Origin: Adineta steineri | Taxonomy: Eukaryota | Assembly: GCA_905250035.1 (NCBI GenBank) | Contig: CAJNOE010000965.1 | Location: forward strand, 6,145-31,491 | Direction: 5' to 3' | Length of the DNA stretch: 25,347 nt | Program-made: the position numbers and the translations under genes | Shown here: one piece after another, positions 9,991 through 19,790 of the stretch | Layout of the letters: every line of letters starts with the position of its first letter | Position numbering within the stretch: position 1 is the stretch's first letter | Notes under the pieces: model-generated | Seen by the model: only the letters and a program-made list of their open reading frames with translations | The model's database searches: none | Told to the model about the DNA's origin: nothing

Positions 9991-10522
9991 TTATATAAGT
10001 TTGAGTGCTTGAAGACTGTGTACTTCATCGGTTTGAGACACTATCTCGTTAGATGAAATAATTGTTTGAATGTTCGACATTTTCTCAGGGAGATCTAGAA
10101 TTCGTTGTGGTTTGATTTCGTGAATATGCCACAATTCTGTTCCCATGGGCCAAGGTGAACTTAGGCTGGGTCCGTCATCTAACTCGATTGTGGATTTTAA
10201 TTGTTCATCAATTGAAGTGTCTTGTCCAAGTATTGATAGTTGTATCGGTTTTTCGATTTCTTGTTGCTCTTCGATCGGTCTTTGAAAGAAAGGTTTTTTC
10301 CAGCATTTTTAAATATTCTTCCGAATACATTCGTGCAGGTGTTTGTTTGTATTTTTTAATTAAGTCTACTCTAATTTCTTCCATAAGAGCCACTGTTCTT
10401 GCAGGTAGTTCAATAATCTGTTCACTTCCTATAATTACCGGCCTAACTTGATTCCGGGTACCTGCATATGATTCTCTATAGAGCTGCTGAAGTTGTTCGA
10501 TTGTAGTTATCTGTCCAGACAT
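9991..10522 (-). pseudogene. Hypothetical 176-aa protein with one apparent frameshift (or sequencing/assembly indel)
   Basis: ORF MSGQITTIEQLQQLYRESYAGTRNQVRPVIIGSEQIIELPARTVALMEEIRVDLIKKYKQTPARMYSEEYLKMLEK. Removing one A from the AAAAAA run gives PFFQRPIEEQQEIEKPIQLSILGQDTSIDEQLKSTIELDDGPSLSSPWPMGTELWHIHEIKPQRILDLPEKMSNIQTIISSNEIVSQTDEVHSLQALKLI*. Length 532-1 = 177 codons. Confidence 0.5.
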
Positions 10523-10599
10523 TTTACTAGTAGTTAATCTCTTAATTGAATTATTTGTATATAAAATAATTAATTATTCTGAGTTGATATTGTGTAACG

Positions 10600-10684
10600 T
10601 GTGGGTGTGGGTGTGGGTGTGGCTGTGGGTGTAGACGTCTGTCTTTGTGCGGCCCACACCGACATTTACACCCACACCCAGCCA
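10600..10684. repeat. Telomere-like foldback repeat G
   Basis: gtgtgggtgtgggtgtgggtgtggctgtgggtgtagacgtctgtctttgtgcggcccacaccgacatttacacccacacccagcc; contains consecutive TGTGGG units. Confidence 0.75.
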
Positions 10685-11679
10685 GAGTTTCAGCTAAAAT
10701 ATGATATTTATGATCGGTACAATGAGCACTATTCACCTTCACATAAGAACTTTATATTACAAATAAAAAGTTACTTTCGATTGGTGTAAATACTGCAGGC
10801 ACAAAACACTTTCGACTGTGGTTTCGTAGTTTTGCCTTAACAAAATATTGCAGAAAGGTATTCCCATAAATATATAAGTGTCATTTAGTTCCAATTTTGG
10901 AAAATAAAACTAGTAAAAACGTTGAAACTGAATATCACTAGTTCTACGTAGGATCTAAAATGTTACAGAAACTATCCACAGACAGTCCTCAAAAAGCTGC
11001 AGATATCAATGCCAGACGGGGTCAAGATACTTACATGGACTATCCCTAGATAGTTCTCAGAAAGTTCTACGGATCACTTTCAAATTGCCTCCAAAACGTT
11101 TTGCAAACCATCTTCATATAGCCTTCAAAAAGTTATCGGAACTACCCTCAGGTAGTGCCCAAATAGTTACAGTTATTATGTCTAGATAGTCTTTAAAAGA
11201 GTGTGTGGATCGTCTCTATATAGCCCTCAAAACTTGTTGATTATTCATCGGAACAGTTTGACTCCTAGTCATGTTCAGTCAAATCTAACTCATGTCAAAT
11301 TTAAGCCTATGCTTGTGATTGGATGTGGTGCACGGCTATCTCAGAACTATATTCTAATTTTCCGATCATCTTTCATCAAACTTTAATAAATATCATTACT
11401 CTTGCAGAAAAACCTTTCCTTAAGAAGATAATCGAATCAAAAAATTTTCCGTTACTATGTAGCGAATAACTGGTTAAGCAAGAGTAACTTCATTTTTTTA
11501 AAGATAACTATTACTGTATGGCTAGTTAGCGATTAGAAACAATGAGACAGTGACGACATACCGATAAATGATCATCATCGATGCATTCATAATAGGGTAA
11601 TGATTGTCAAAAACCATTTTCTCAAGAAATTTTAAGAACACATCGGTTTACGTGACGAAAAGCTATTTAGATATCAGAC

Positions 11680-12503
11680 AGGGCTGCCAAATCTAAATTT
11701 AGAAAACCAGGAGAACAAACCAGGAGATTTTTAATTAAAATTAAAAAAGTTTTCGTTGTTTTTTTTGAAAAAAAGTGAGTTTTTCTTCTACACAGAAGAT
11801 AAAAGTTTTCTCCTACTAAGATGTTGTGGCACATTTTTCTATGTTCTCTTTCTCGTATAGAAGAGTCCAGTAAACCTAAATTGTTTGTTTGCTTGCTTGT
11901 GTGTCCGCAGGGTCAAAAAAACATCAAAAATCAATTTTTCACAGTTTTCATTCGTTTTTTTCAGTAAACGTGAAGAAAATGCATTTCTACGAGAAAGAGC
12001 TCAGCGAGTCCTCGGACGAGCGTTACTTGTAATATAATGTATGAACAAAAAATAATGATAACTATGTCTCAGTTCATCGTTTATTTCGAAATCAACCACA
12101 AAGTGTAAAATTATTTCCTAATGGACTAGATTCAGTTTGTGGCATGACATTGTCTTTCGGTAAATTCGTTATTTCAATGATTTTAGCATCTTCCAACGAA
12201 GACATTTTGAGTAATGTTTAATGTATTCCTTCTTTTTATCTACAATATATGAGTTTTTACAGTACAACTTATTTGCAAAAATTAAATTATTTTTAGTTTT
12301 ATTACATAATTGAGAACAAGACTAATATGTTTTCTTATTAGTTATTGCATTTATTAAAAGATGCGAGATTCGTATTCTTCGCTTTCTTTTTTCTCTTTTG
12401 ATTATCTCATTTTATGGATTAAAGATATCGCTAAAATTTGAAATTAGAAGAACATTCAGGAACCAGGAGAAGAGTAAAAAAATCAGGCGGTTTGGCAGTC
12501 CTG
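11680..12503. mobile_element. 824-bp non-autonomous hAT-like DNA transposon
   Basis: TIR CAGGGCTGCCAAA at the left and TTTGGCAGTCCTG (reverse complement CAGGACTGCCAAA, 12/13) at the right; perfect 8-bp TSD ATATCAGA at 11672-11679 and 12504-12511; no transposase ORF inside. Confidence 0.87.
11987..12030 (+). repeat. 44-nt shared motif, copy 2, inside the hAT-like element
   Basis: ctacgagaaagagctcagcgagtcctcggacgagcgttacttgt. Confidence 0.65.
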
Positions 12504-12990
12504 ATATCAGAGTATCTTTTTACATAAACACAAGTAAAAGCTGATCCATGATTAATCATTCCTTGCATATTACAGTTAAAGAAGAAACGCTCACATTCAT
12601 GAGCACTCATGAGCATGAGCGGGAGCTGTACACCCCTAGTAGAATTATCGAAGCAATTCATCTTCTATTTTAGGTGGATAAGTTTACTGCTCAATTCATA
12701 GCGGTTACGGTAGTTGTGCAGTAAATTTTCACTTAATAATCAAGATCGATCGAGTCAGAAGTTCATCAAATTTCTCCGCCCCAACCAAACAATATATTTC
12801 ATTCATGGAAACAACCTTCTATATTGATGGCAAAACTATTCGCTGTTGGCTAGGATTATGTACATGTAACTGAAGAAAATATATAAAACTGCAGCCAAAA
12901 ACTATACACAAGACGCTTGTAAAATAACAGTAAAATTTGTAGTCTTCTTTCATAGTTTCGTCGCCTTTTTCGTCTCCATCTATTGTTGAT

Positions 12991-14268
12991 ATGATGAACG
13001 ACACTGTTAAGTATTGCGTGTATGGAATTATATTGATATTACTGTTGGTATTCGGCATTTGGCTATATACACCAACTATGCGCCATGTGCATAGTTCTCC
13101 ATCGCCACAACTACCGTCGCTACCATCGCAACTACCATCTGCATACTGTACTAGCTCCAGCATTCATGCCAACTGTCTCTTTAGTCGATCCCTTTGTTAT
13201 AATATTAACTCGGCTCTTTGGGAAGCATCTAGTTTACCGTTCTCTAATTGGTCTGGGGTGTCTCTGAGATCTCGTGACTTAAGTAACGGTTATCGATGCA
13301 ATGATCCGTTTTTTCCTAAACTTCATTCTATTCCAGTTAATAATAATATATATTGGATAGATGGTACGAATGTGTTGTCATGCATTTGGGTTGCTGTCTT
13401 TGGTCACATATTTCTCGAAATGATGCTACCTGCTTGGCTGGCAATGCGGACTTTGGCCGATCGTTTACACTTCTCAGACCAAAATATTACATATATCATA
13501 GACGACAACCAATGTAGTTGTCCACTTGCTGCTCCATCATTTTCACTACTCTCACATCGACCTGTACTAAACTTTGGCAATCTCGTGAATCAAGGCAAAA
13601 AATATGGTAAATCTCATATTTGCTTTGATAGAATGATCATTGGATATCGTCTTCAGACGCCACTAGAATATGCGCATAACCTTGCTCATCTTGAAAATGG
13701 TGATTTAGCCCGCTATCGCGATGCAATAAAAACTCTACATGGATTACCTCTGCACGTGAATATGTCAGCTGGTGCATGCATCGCTCTTCTCGTGCAACGT
13801 GGTTCCGATAGAAGACTTATACCTGAAAGTATAAAAACAATTGTCGAAACACTTCGTGAACGCACACTTTGTACTGTAAAAGTAGCTACATTCGAGGGTC
13901 TACCTATAGTAGAGCAAGTTCGTCTTGTTGCCACTGCAACAATTTTTGTTTCTGTTAGCGGCTCTGGCGCTCAACAGTTCATATGGCTCCCAGATGGTGC
14001 GGTATCTTTAATTATTATACATCCACAACAGCCATTGAATGTGATTGGTCACGGCGGAATAGGTGGAGGTGGACTAATATTAAACGACTTCCTATGCTGG
14101 AAACTTCCCACGATCCTCTGTCTTCAGGCTGGAGCGAGAGGCATACAACCGAGAGAGGATGGTAGAAACAGTATCCAAATAGACATGAAGTTATTTTCAA
14201 ATGCATTAGACATGATTAAAATGTGGCATCACAGGGGAAAATTTGATCCACGGGATCCAAGCGAGTAA
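12991..14268 (+). CDS. Type II membrane glycosyltransferase, GT61/DUF563-like
   Basis: 425-aa ORF. TM helix YCVYGIILILLLVFGIWLY. C-terminal GT61-like pattern VETLRERTLCTVKVATFEGLPIVEQVRLVATATIFVSVSGSGAQQFIWLPDGAVSLIIIHPQQP. Confidence 0.75.
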   Translation: MMNDTVKYCVYGIILILLLVFGIWLYTPTMRHVHSSPSPQLPSLPSQLPSAYCTSSSIHANCLFSRSLCYNINSALWEASSLPFSNWSGVSLRSRDLSNGYRCNDPFFPKLHSIPVNNNIYWIDGTNVLSCIWVAVFGHIFLEMMLPAWLAMRTLADRLHFSDQNITYIIDDNQCSCPLAAPSFSLLSHRPVLNFGNLVNQGKKYGKSHICFDRMIIGYRLQTPLEYAHNLAHLENGDLARYRDAIKTLHGLPLHVNMSAGACIALLVQRGSDRRLIPESIKTIVETLRERTLCTVKVATFEGLPIVEQVRLVATATIFVSVSGSGAQQFIWLPDGAVSLIIIHPQQPLNVIGHGGIGGGGLILNDFLCWKLPTILCLQAGARGIQPREDGRNSIQIDMKLFSNALDMIKMWHHRGKFDPRDPSE

Positions 14269-14417
14269 TAGTCACCATCAGAATAGATTTTGAAAATAAA
14301 TGTATTTCTTATACCGGTGATCCTAAAATGTTTGCAACATTTTCTATTTTGTTTAGATCTCGGCTCCGACAAATGATAGAACCTTGTTTTTTTAAAAGAT
14401 GCGTCTTGAAACGCTCC

Positions 14418-14570
14418 TGAGGGTGTGGGCAAGGGGGAAAAAATCTCATTCGGGCATTCGGATCCATTCTCATCCATTCCCTTCCATTCGCAAGCATTCC
14501 TAACCATTCTCTTCCATTCTCATCCATTCGCATTCATTCCCATCTATTCCCATCTATTCCGAATTATTGT
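14418..14570 (+). repeat. GAGGGTGTGGG stretch followed by CATTC-rich pentamer array
   Basis: gagggtgtgggcaagggggaaaaaatctcattcgggcattcggatccattctcattccattcccttccattcgc... Confidence 0.7.
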
Positions 14571-15275
14571 TATATATTCAGAATTTTAAAAAATCAGATA
14601 TGAGCGATTAAAAGCTGTTTTGCTCTTTAGATGCTTAATTTGCAATTAAATCGGTGTAGATAAATCTTGAACTAAGCCAGTACATATTTCAGAAGTGATA
14701 GTATCAAATTCGTTAAGAATCAATAGATTCTATTCATCTTGACATCATGCGGAAATTCCTTTATATAAAATCTAAAACCAATTTTATTTAGTACCTAAAC
14801 ATGAAGTTCTTATAAAATATTAAAACATTAGTCAAATAATAAAACGTTTGCTGTGAAAAATATTCAAACAACTAAACAATTTATCTAATTAAGAATGTAA
14901 GTTTAATAAATATCAGCTATTTAATATTTATTCAAAACTATATTTTTACATAGTTTATATAAATAAAAACATATTTTTAAAGAACGATAACGTTGCGTTT
15001 ATCGAACATAAAATGTGAATGTATGTCTTACATAGTGTAACAAATAGTTACCGGCCTTATTCTTTTTTTATACAATACACAGCTTCGATATTATACTTTG
15101 AAATCAAGTTAAAAGTTAGTTCCCATTGATTAGCAATCAATTTTATATATTATTTTAGTGTAAATAATAACTATATACTAGGATTAAAACATGACAGACA
15201 TTCAGTAGTCACATAATTTATATTATCGCCCATTTAACGTACGAAATGCTTTGGATGTACTTCGGATAGTTTTCA

Positions 15276-15450
15276 ACCATTCCGATCTATTCTCATCCAT
15301 TCTCATTCATTCCCATCCATTCTTATTCATTCCCTTCCATTCTCGTTCATTCTCATCCATTCCCCATCCATTCGCAGCCATTCTCATCTATTCGCATTCA
15401 TTCGCATCCATTCGGAATGGCTGCGAATGAGATTTTCCCCCTTGGGTGTG
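15276..15450 (+). repeat. CATTC-rich pentamer array ending in an inverted copy of the AAGGGGGAAAAATCTCATTCG segment
   Basis: ...tctcatccattctcattcattcccatccattc...ccattcggaatggctgcgaatgagattttcccccttggg. Confidence 0.7.
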
Positions 15451-15497
15451 GGTGTAGACAAAAAGAACATCCACACCCACACCCACCCACCCTCAAG
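15441..15497. repeat. Telomere-like foldback repeat
   Basis: cttgggtgtgggtgtagacaaaaagaacatccacacccacacccacccaccctcaag. Confidence 0.75.
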
Positions 15498-16154
15498 AGA
15501 AAAGAGCGAGCTGTAATATTGTGATGGGTGGTATGATGAGTCGAAAGAGACAATAGGAATCATTGCTTCACTTACGTCAAAAAAATAGAAACATTTACAA
15601 CAATGATCTATGCGTAATGAAATTGACGCGGTGCGAAGCACCATCAATAATAGAGTTACTGGATGTGTGCTCAATTTAGCAACTTCTCTGCACTCAGCTT
15701 TCGTTGTTGAACTTTAAGGAAGTATTTTCAGAAGTTGAAAAAAACACTAAGGAGAAAATTTTTCGTATTTTTCAAGTGGAAAAAAGCATTTGTAGACGCT
15801 AAAAAGTAGTATATGGTGATTAACAGCTCTTGTTCTTTCAAACGATGTAAAAGGAGGCAAAAAAGCTTTGTTACCTGGAGCATGGTTTACCTGTAACTTA
15901 CTATTGTATAAAAAAAATTTATATTATGAAATTTCTACCATTGCATTCATGACTGAGAATAATGGTAACAGTGAGTGTGATAAATCTATCGCGTAGTGAA
16001 ATAGCGAGGAAGACTTTTTCGAAATGAGGATAACATAATTTTTAGTGTGTTTCTACTAGTCGTAAATTATTTCTGCAATTGTGTAGTAATACAAGTCGTT
16101 TGTCAGTGTTTTAGAAAACTTAGATTTGAACAAACATCGTACTACAGTTTTTTT

Positions 16155-19100
16155 ATGAATCAACAGAGAAAGTATGTTATACTACTAGCTATAATAGTTT
16201 GTAGCATTTTGGGAGGATTTCGCGTTGGCCATATGTCGTCACATTCCATACTCGAACTTTTCGGCACAGAAGGACCAAGCATTTTGCTAAACCCACAGTT
16301 GTTGACATCTTCAATGGATATTGCTATTATTGGTTCTTCTGGATATATCGGCTCACGGCTCTTTCATCACCTGCAAGCAGAAAAAACGTGGACCGTTGTT
16401 GGTTATGATCGCATCTTCCCAGGACAAGCTAGTTACGAAATATCAACTCAAAACCTACGTCATTTTAAGGTACTAATCTATTTGGGTGGACTAACGGGCC
16501 GTGCAATGTGCCGTGAGCGCCCTGGTGATGTGGAACAAGAGAATGTCATAGACATCTATAATCTGGCAAAACGTATGTCATCCTTGCAGCTTCTAATATT
16601 TGCTTCTACATCTGCAATCACCGAGAGTTCTGGTCCCATATTTGTCAACGAAGATTCTCCTGTTCGATCTGACTTACTTGATTCATATGCCTCTTCATTG
16701 TTGCGTCGTGAAAACACACTTCGAAATCTAAGTTTCATATCGAAGAGAGCACCTAAAATGATTGGCCTACGATTTGGTACGGTCATCGGTCTTTCTCAAA
16801 GTCAAAGGATTGATCTTGCATATATGGCATTGATCTGCCAGGCCTTTCTCAGTGGCAGAATGCATGTAACTCATCCAGAAAGTAATCGCGCCATTTTATG
16901 TATGGAAGATTTACTACGAGCAGTCACAGTTCTAATCAAGCACTCTAAGAATACTAAAAAGTATGATCTATTCCACCTTCAGTCATTTTCAGCTAGTATC
17001 TCAAATATTGCAAATACGATAGCGTCTCGTACAGGAGCGCATAGTCATGTGTCGAATCATCCTATCAGCGAAGACAGTTCTGGCTTTGCCTTGAATACTA
17101 GCAAGTTTTGTACCACATTTAACTTCAGCTTTCAGGGCAGCCAAGATCACGTAATAACGAGGCTTATAGAAGATGTGCCAAGAATGTGCTTGGGTCGGCA
17201 ATCACGCTCTGACAAGCATTCTAGACCATGTGTAGTCTGTGGTTCACACGAGATGCATACGGTATTAGATTTGCATACTCAACCACTTGCTAATGATTTT
17301 CGAAACCGAGTCGAAGAATCAATCAAATGTGAAAGATTTCCACTCCGACTAGTACGATGTCCTAAGTGCCACCATACACAACTATCATACTTTGTCGACA
17401 GGTCTTATCTATTCAGCCACTATCTATATCAGAGTGGCACGAGCCAAAGCTTAAAAGCTCATTTTGAGTGGTTGGCTGAGAGGACAGTTAATGAAAGTGG
17501 CAAGTCAAACGGGACTGTGCTGGAAGTGGCATGTAATGATGGTAGTCAATTAAATCAGTTCTCGAAACGTGGATGGCACACTGTGGGTGTCGATCCCGCC
17601 AAGAATTTGGCAGAACTTGCACGGGCACAAGGTCATATAGTCTACACCGGATTCTGGGGTGTTGATAACTTTCCATTGCTACCATCGCCTGACACCTTAG
17701 ATGTTATCATCGCACAAAACGTTTTTGCACATGTTGATAATCCTGTGCAGTTTCTTCGGGCTTGTGCCGTCGCAATGAGCATAAAAACCAGATTGTTCAT
17801 ACAAACGTCACAATGTGAGATGTACGAAAGTGGGCAATTCGATACTGTCTATCACGAACATATATCTTTTTTTACAGCACATTCATTTAGAAAAATTGCT
17901 GATATAGCAGGATTAAAGATTGTAAATTTTGAAATTATACCCATTCATGGACGTTCATGTTTGGTAACATTTCAGCGAACTGAGATATCCAGTACTTCCT
18001 TCAACACTGTCTTTCAAAAAAAAGATGCTCCGTCGCTTTCGTCAGCAATCCAAAAAGAGCGTGATCTGGGAGTGACAGAAACTTGGTTTTATGTGAAATA
18101 TCAAGCGCAGGCCGAAGGTATGCGCCGATGGCTTCTACACCAACTAACAACTGTTCACAGCCAAGGTCACACTATTGTAGCCTACGGGGCTGCCGCTAAA
18201 GGTATGGTACTTTTGCATTTTTTACTAGGATCTCCCAACCGATTATGGAATATATCTTATGTGATTGATGATGCGCCTTTAAAACAAAATACTTATTGTC
18301 CTGGAACATCTATACCGGTATTGCCTACTACCCACTTGAGTAAACATAATTCAAGCAAACCGTTGACAATAATTGTGTTTGCATGGAATTTTTGGGACGA
18401 AATTTCTAAAAAAATTCGCAAAGAAACAGTCGACAATGGCATCAAAACTGTTTTTATTATACTTCCATTTCCTCATCAACAACTTATTAAGCTCGAGCCA
18501 AACACGAACGTGATACATACGCAAAATACACACAGATCATTACCTTGGCCACCTCTAATTTTTTCTGTACGAAGACCAGTACTGTTAATTTCCTACTTTT
18601 TCAACGAAGAAATCTTGTTACCTTTTTGGATTCGTCATCATGCACCTATGTTTGACATGGCCATCTTAATTGATTACAATAGTACTGACAAATCATTAGA
18701 AATTATTCGTAGAGAAGCACCATACACGTGGAAAATTGTGCCGTCGCATAATATACAATTCGCAGCTGACCGTGCCGATGTTGAAGTTCAAGAATATGAA
18801 AAAATGTACCCGGCAGCATGGAAGATCGCTCTGAATATCACAGACTTTTTTGTTCATGCAGATCTTCGACAAGGGCTTGCTGACATAGAACGCTCTAGTT
18901 CTATCATGGCACTGCGCTTTCATTCAATACTAATGTCCGGAAATGATTCTATACCGTTGCAACGATTTACGTCTTTATTGAAGCAGCGATCTCAGTATCT
19001 TTGTAATATAAGCAAATACCATATTTTGTTCAGCTCTCGCTACATACATCGTTATCCATCTGCTCAATATACTGCGAGACGGCACTCAATAAGTGATACT

Positions 19101-19322
19101 GTCTGGCAATGGTCTCCTGTCGGCTTTATTGCCAAATTTCAATATACGCTGTGGCCTGAAATTATCAGTCACAATTTGCACCACAGTGTTAACGTCACCC
19201 AACTATCGGAAAAGAAAACGAGTATTCAACGACTGGCACAGTGCGATCTTCGACATTATGATGCGATAAATGACGAACTAATGATGATTCATCGACTGTG
19301 GAGAGAAGTAGTAGATTACTGA
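16155..19322 (+). CDS. Three-domain fusion: signal anchor, SDR NDP-sugar epimerase/dehydratase-like, zinc-binding sugar C-methyltransferase (Methyltransf_13/_11/_14-like), GT2/GT92-like glycosyltransferase
   Basis: Continuous ORF open from 16047; likely start MNQQRKYVILLAIIVCSILGG at 16155. IAIIGSSGYIGSRL (Rossmann). CVVCGSHEMHTVLDLHTQPLANDF...LVRCPKCHHTQLSYFVD (C-methyltransferase zinc site). VLEVACNDGSQLNQFSKRGWHTVGVDP (SAM motif). FDTVYHEHISFFTAHSF. VAYGAAAKGMVLLHFL...YVIDDAPLKQ. RPVLLISYFFNEEILLPFWIRHHAPMFDMAILIDYNSTDKS (GT2_4/GT92-like). Confidence 0.85.
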   Translation: MNQQRKYVILLAIIVCSILGGFRVGHMSSHSILELFGTEGPSILLNPQLLTSSMDIAIIGSSGYIGSRLFHHLQAEKTWTVVGYDRIFPGQASYEISTQNLRHFKVLIYLGGLTGRAMCRERPGDVEQENVIDIYNLAKRMSSLQLLIFASTSAITESSGPIFVNEDSPVRSDLLDSYASSLLRRENTLRNLSFISKRAPKMIGLRFGTVIGLSQSQRIDLAYMALICQAFLSGRMHVTHPESNRAILCMEDLLRAVTVLIKHSKNTKKYDLFHLQSFSASISNIANTIASRTGAHSHVSNHPISEDSSGFALNTSKFCTTFNFSFQGSQDHVITRLIEDVPRMCLGRQSRSDKHSRPCVVCGSHEMHTVLDLHTQPLANDFRNRVEESIKCERFPLRLVRCPKCHHTQLSYFVDRSYLFSHYLYQSGTSQSLKAHFEWLAERTVNESGKSNGTVLEVACNDGSQLNQFSKRGWHTVGVDPAKNLAELARAQGHIVYTGFWGVDNFPLLPSPDTLDVIIAQNVFAHVDNPVQFLRACAVAMSIKTRLFIQTSQCEMYESGQFDTVYHEHISFFTAHSFRKIADIAGLKIVNFEIIPIHGRSCLVTFQRTEISSTSFNTVFQKKDAPSLSSAIQKERDLGVTETWFYVKYQAQAEGMRRWLLHQLTTVHSQGHTIVAYGAAAKGMVLLHFLLGSPNRLWNISYVIDDAPLKQNTYCPGTSIPVLPTTHLSKHNSSKPLTIIVFAWNFWDEISKKIRKETVDNGIKTVFIILPFPHQQLIKLEPNTNVIHTQNTHRSLPWPPLIFSVRRPVLLISYFFNEEILLPFWIRHHAPMFDMAILIDYNSTDKSLEIIRREAPYTWKIVPSHNIQFAADRADVEVQEYEKMYPAAWKIALNITDFFVHADLRQGLADIERSSSIMALRFHSILMSGNDSIPLQRFTSLLKQRSQYLCNISKYHILFSSRYIHRYPSAQYTARRHSISDTVWQWSPVGFIAKFQYTLWPEIISHNLHHSVNVTQLSEKKTSIQRLAQCDLRHYDAINDELMMIHRLWREVVDY

Positions 19323-19383
19323 GACACAGAAGATTATCTTACAATACACACAATATACGGCTCACAAGGGTAGGCCCTTACAA

Positions 19384-19627
19384 TATAAACCAGAGAATAG
19401 GGTGTGGGTGTCGGTTTTGTTCTTTTCTTTTCTCTCATTAACAGTCACACCCACACCCAAATCCAGACCCACACACACCCACACCCACACCCAAATCCAG
19501 ACCCACCCACACCCACACCCACACCCAAATCCAGACCCACACACACCCACACCTACACCCAAATCCAGACCCACACACACCCACACCCACACCCAAATCC
19601 AGACCCACACACACCCACACCCTCAAG
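19384..19627. repeat. Foldback telomere-like element containing a 34-bp minisatellite (5 copies)
   Basis: AAATCCAG recurs at 19459, 19493, 19527, 19561 and 19595 (period exactly 34); unit AAATCCAGACCCACACACACCCACACCCACACCC; preceded by gggtgtgggtgtcgg, ends caccctcaag. Confidence 0.9.
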
Positions 19628-19790
19628 ATGTTGAAATGATCCAGACGGGCGCTGGATGAACGCCACCCACCCTAAATCTCGATTCGCTCATCCTAAAAAC
19701 AAAGCCTAGATTAAACACTGATCAAAAGCACTCAAGAGTCACCTTTTTGAGAGTCGGCAGCGTTTAGCATATTCAGCTCATCACAGCGAG

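Noticed and set aside
10155-10451. + strand ORF MNLGWVRHLTRLWILIVHQLKCLVQVLIVVSVF...
   Set aside because: Antisense to the more protein-like minus-strand ORF; hydrophobic composition is a by-product of the complementary strand.
12819-14206. Minus-strand ORFs 12819-13163, 13713-13934 and 14015-14206, and + strand ORFs 13085-13267 and 13983-14165
   Set aside because: They overlap the clear GT61-like gene in other frames and show no domain-like features; treated as shadow ORFs.
14229-14533. Minus ORFs with MRMDENGREWLGM-type sequence, and the similar ORF at 15384-15674
   Set aside because: Products of CATTC pentamer arrays; low complexity.
16556-18923. Minus-strand ORFs 16556-16786, 17001-17201, 17488-17685, 18351-18533 and 18696-18923
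   Set aside because: Antisense shadows of the well-supported 1055-1091 aa fusion gene.
19362-19659. Four overlapping ORFs encoding Trp/Gly/Val or Thr/Pro/His-rich peptides
   Set aside because: Generated by the 34-bp CCCACA-rich minisatellite read in several frames on both strands.
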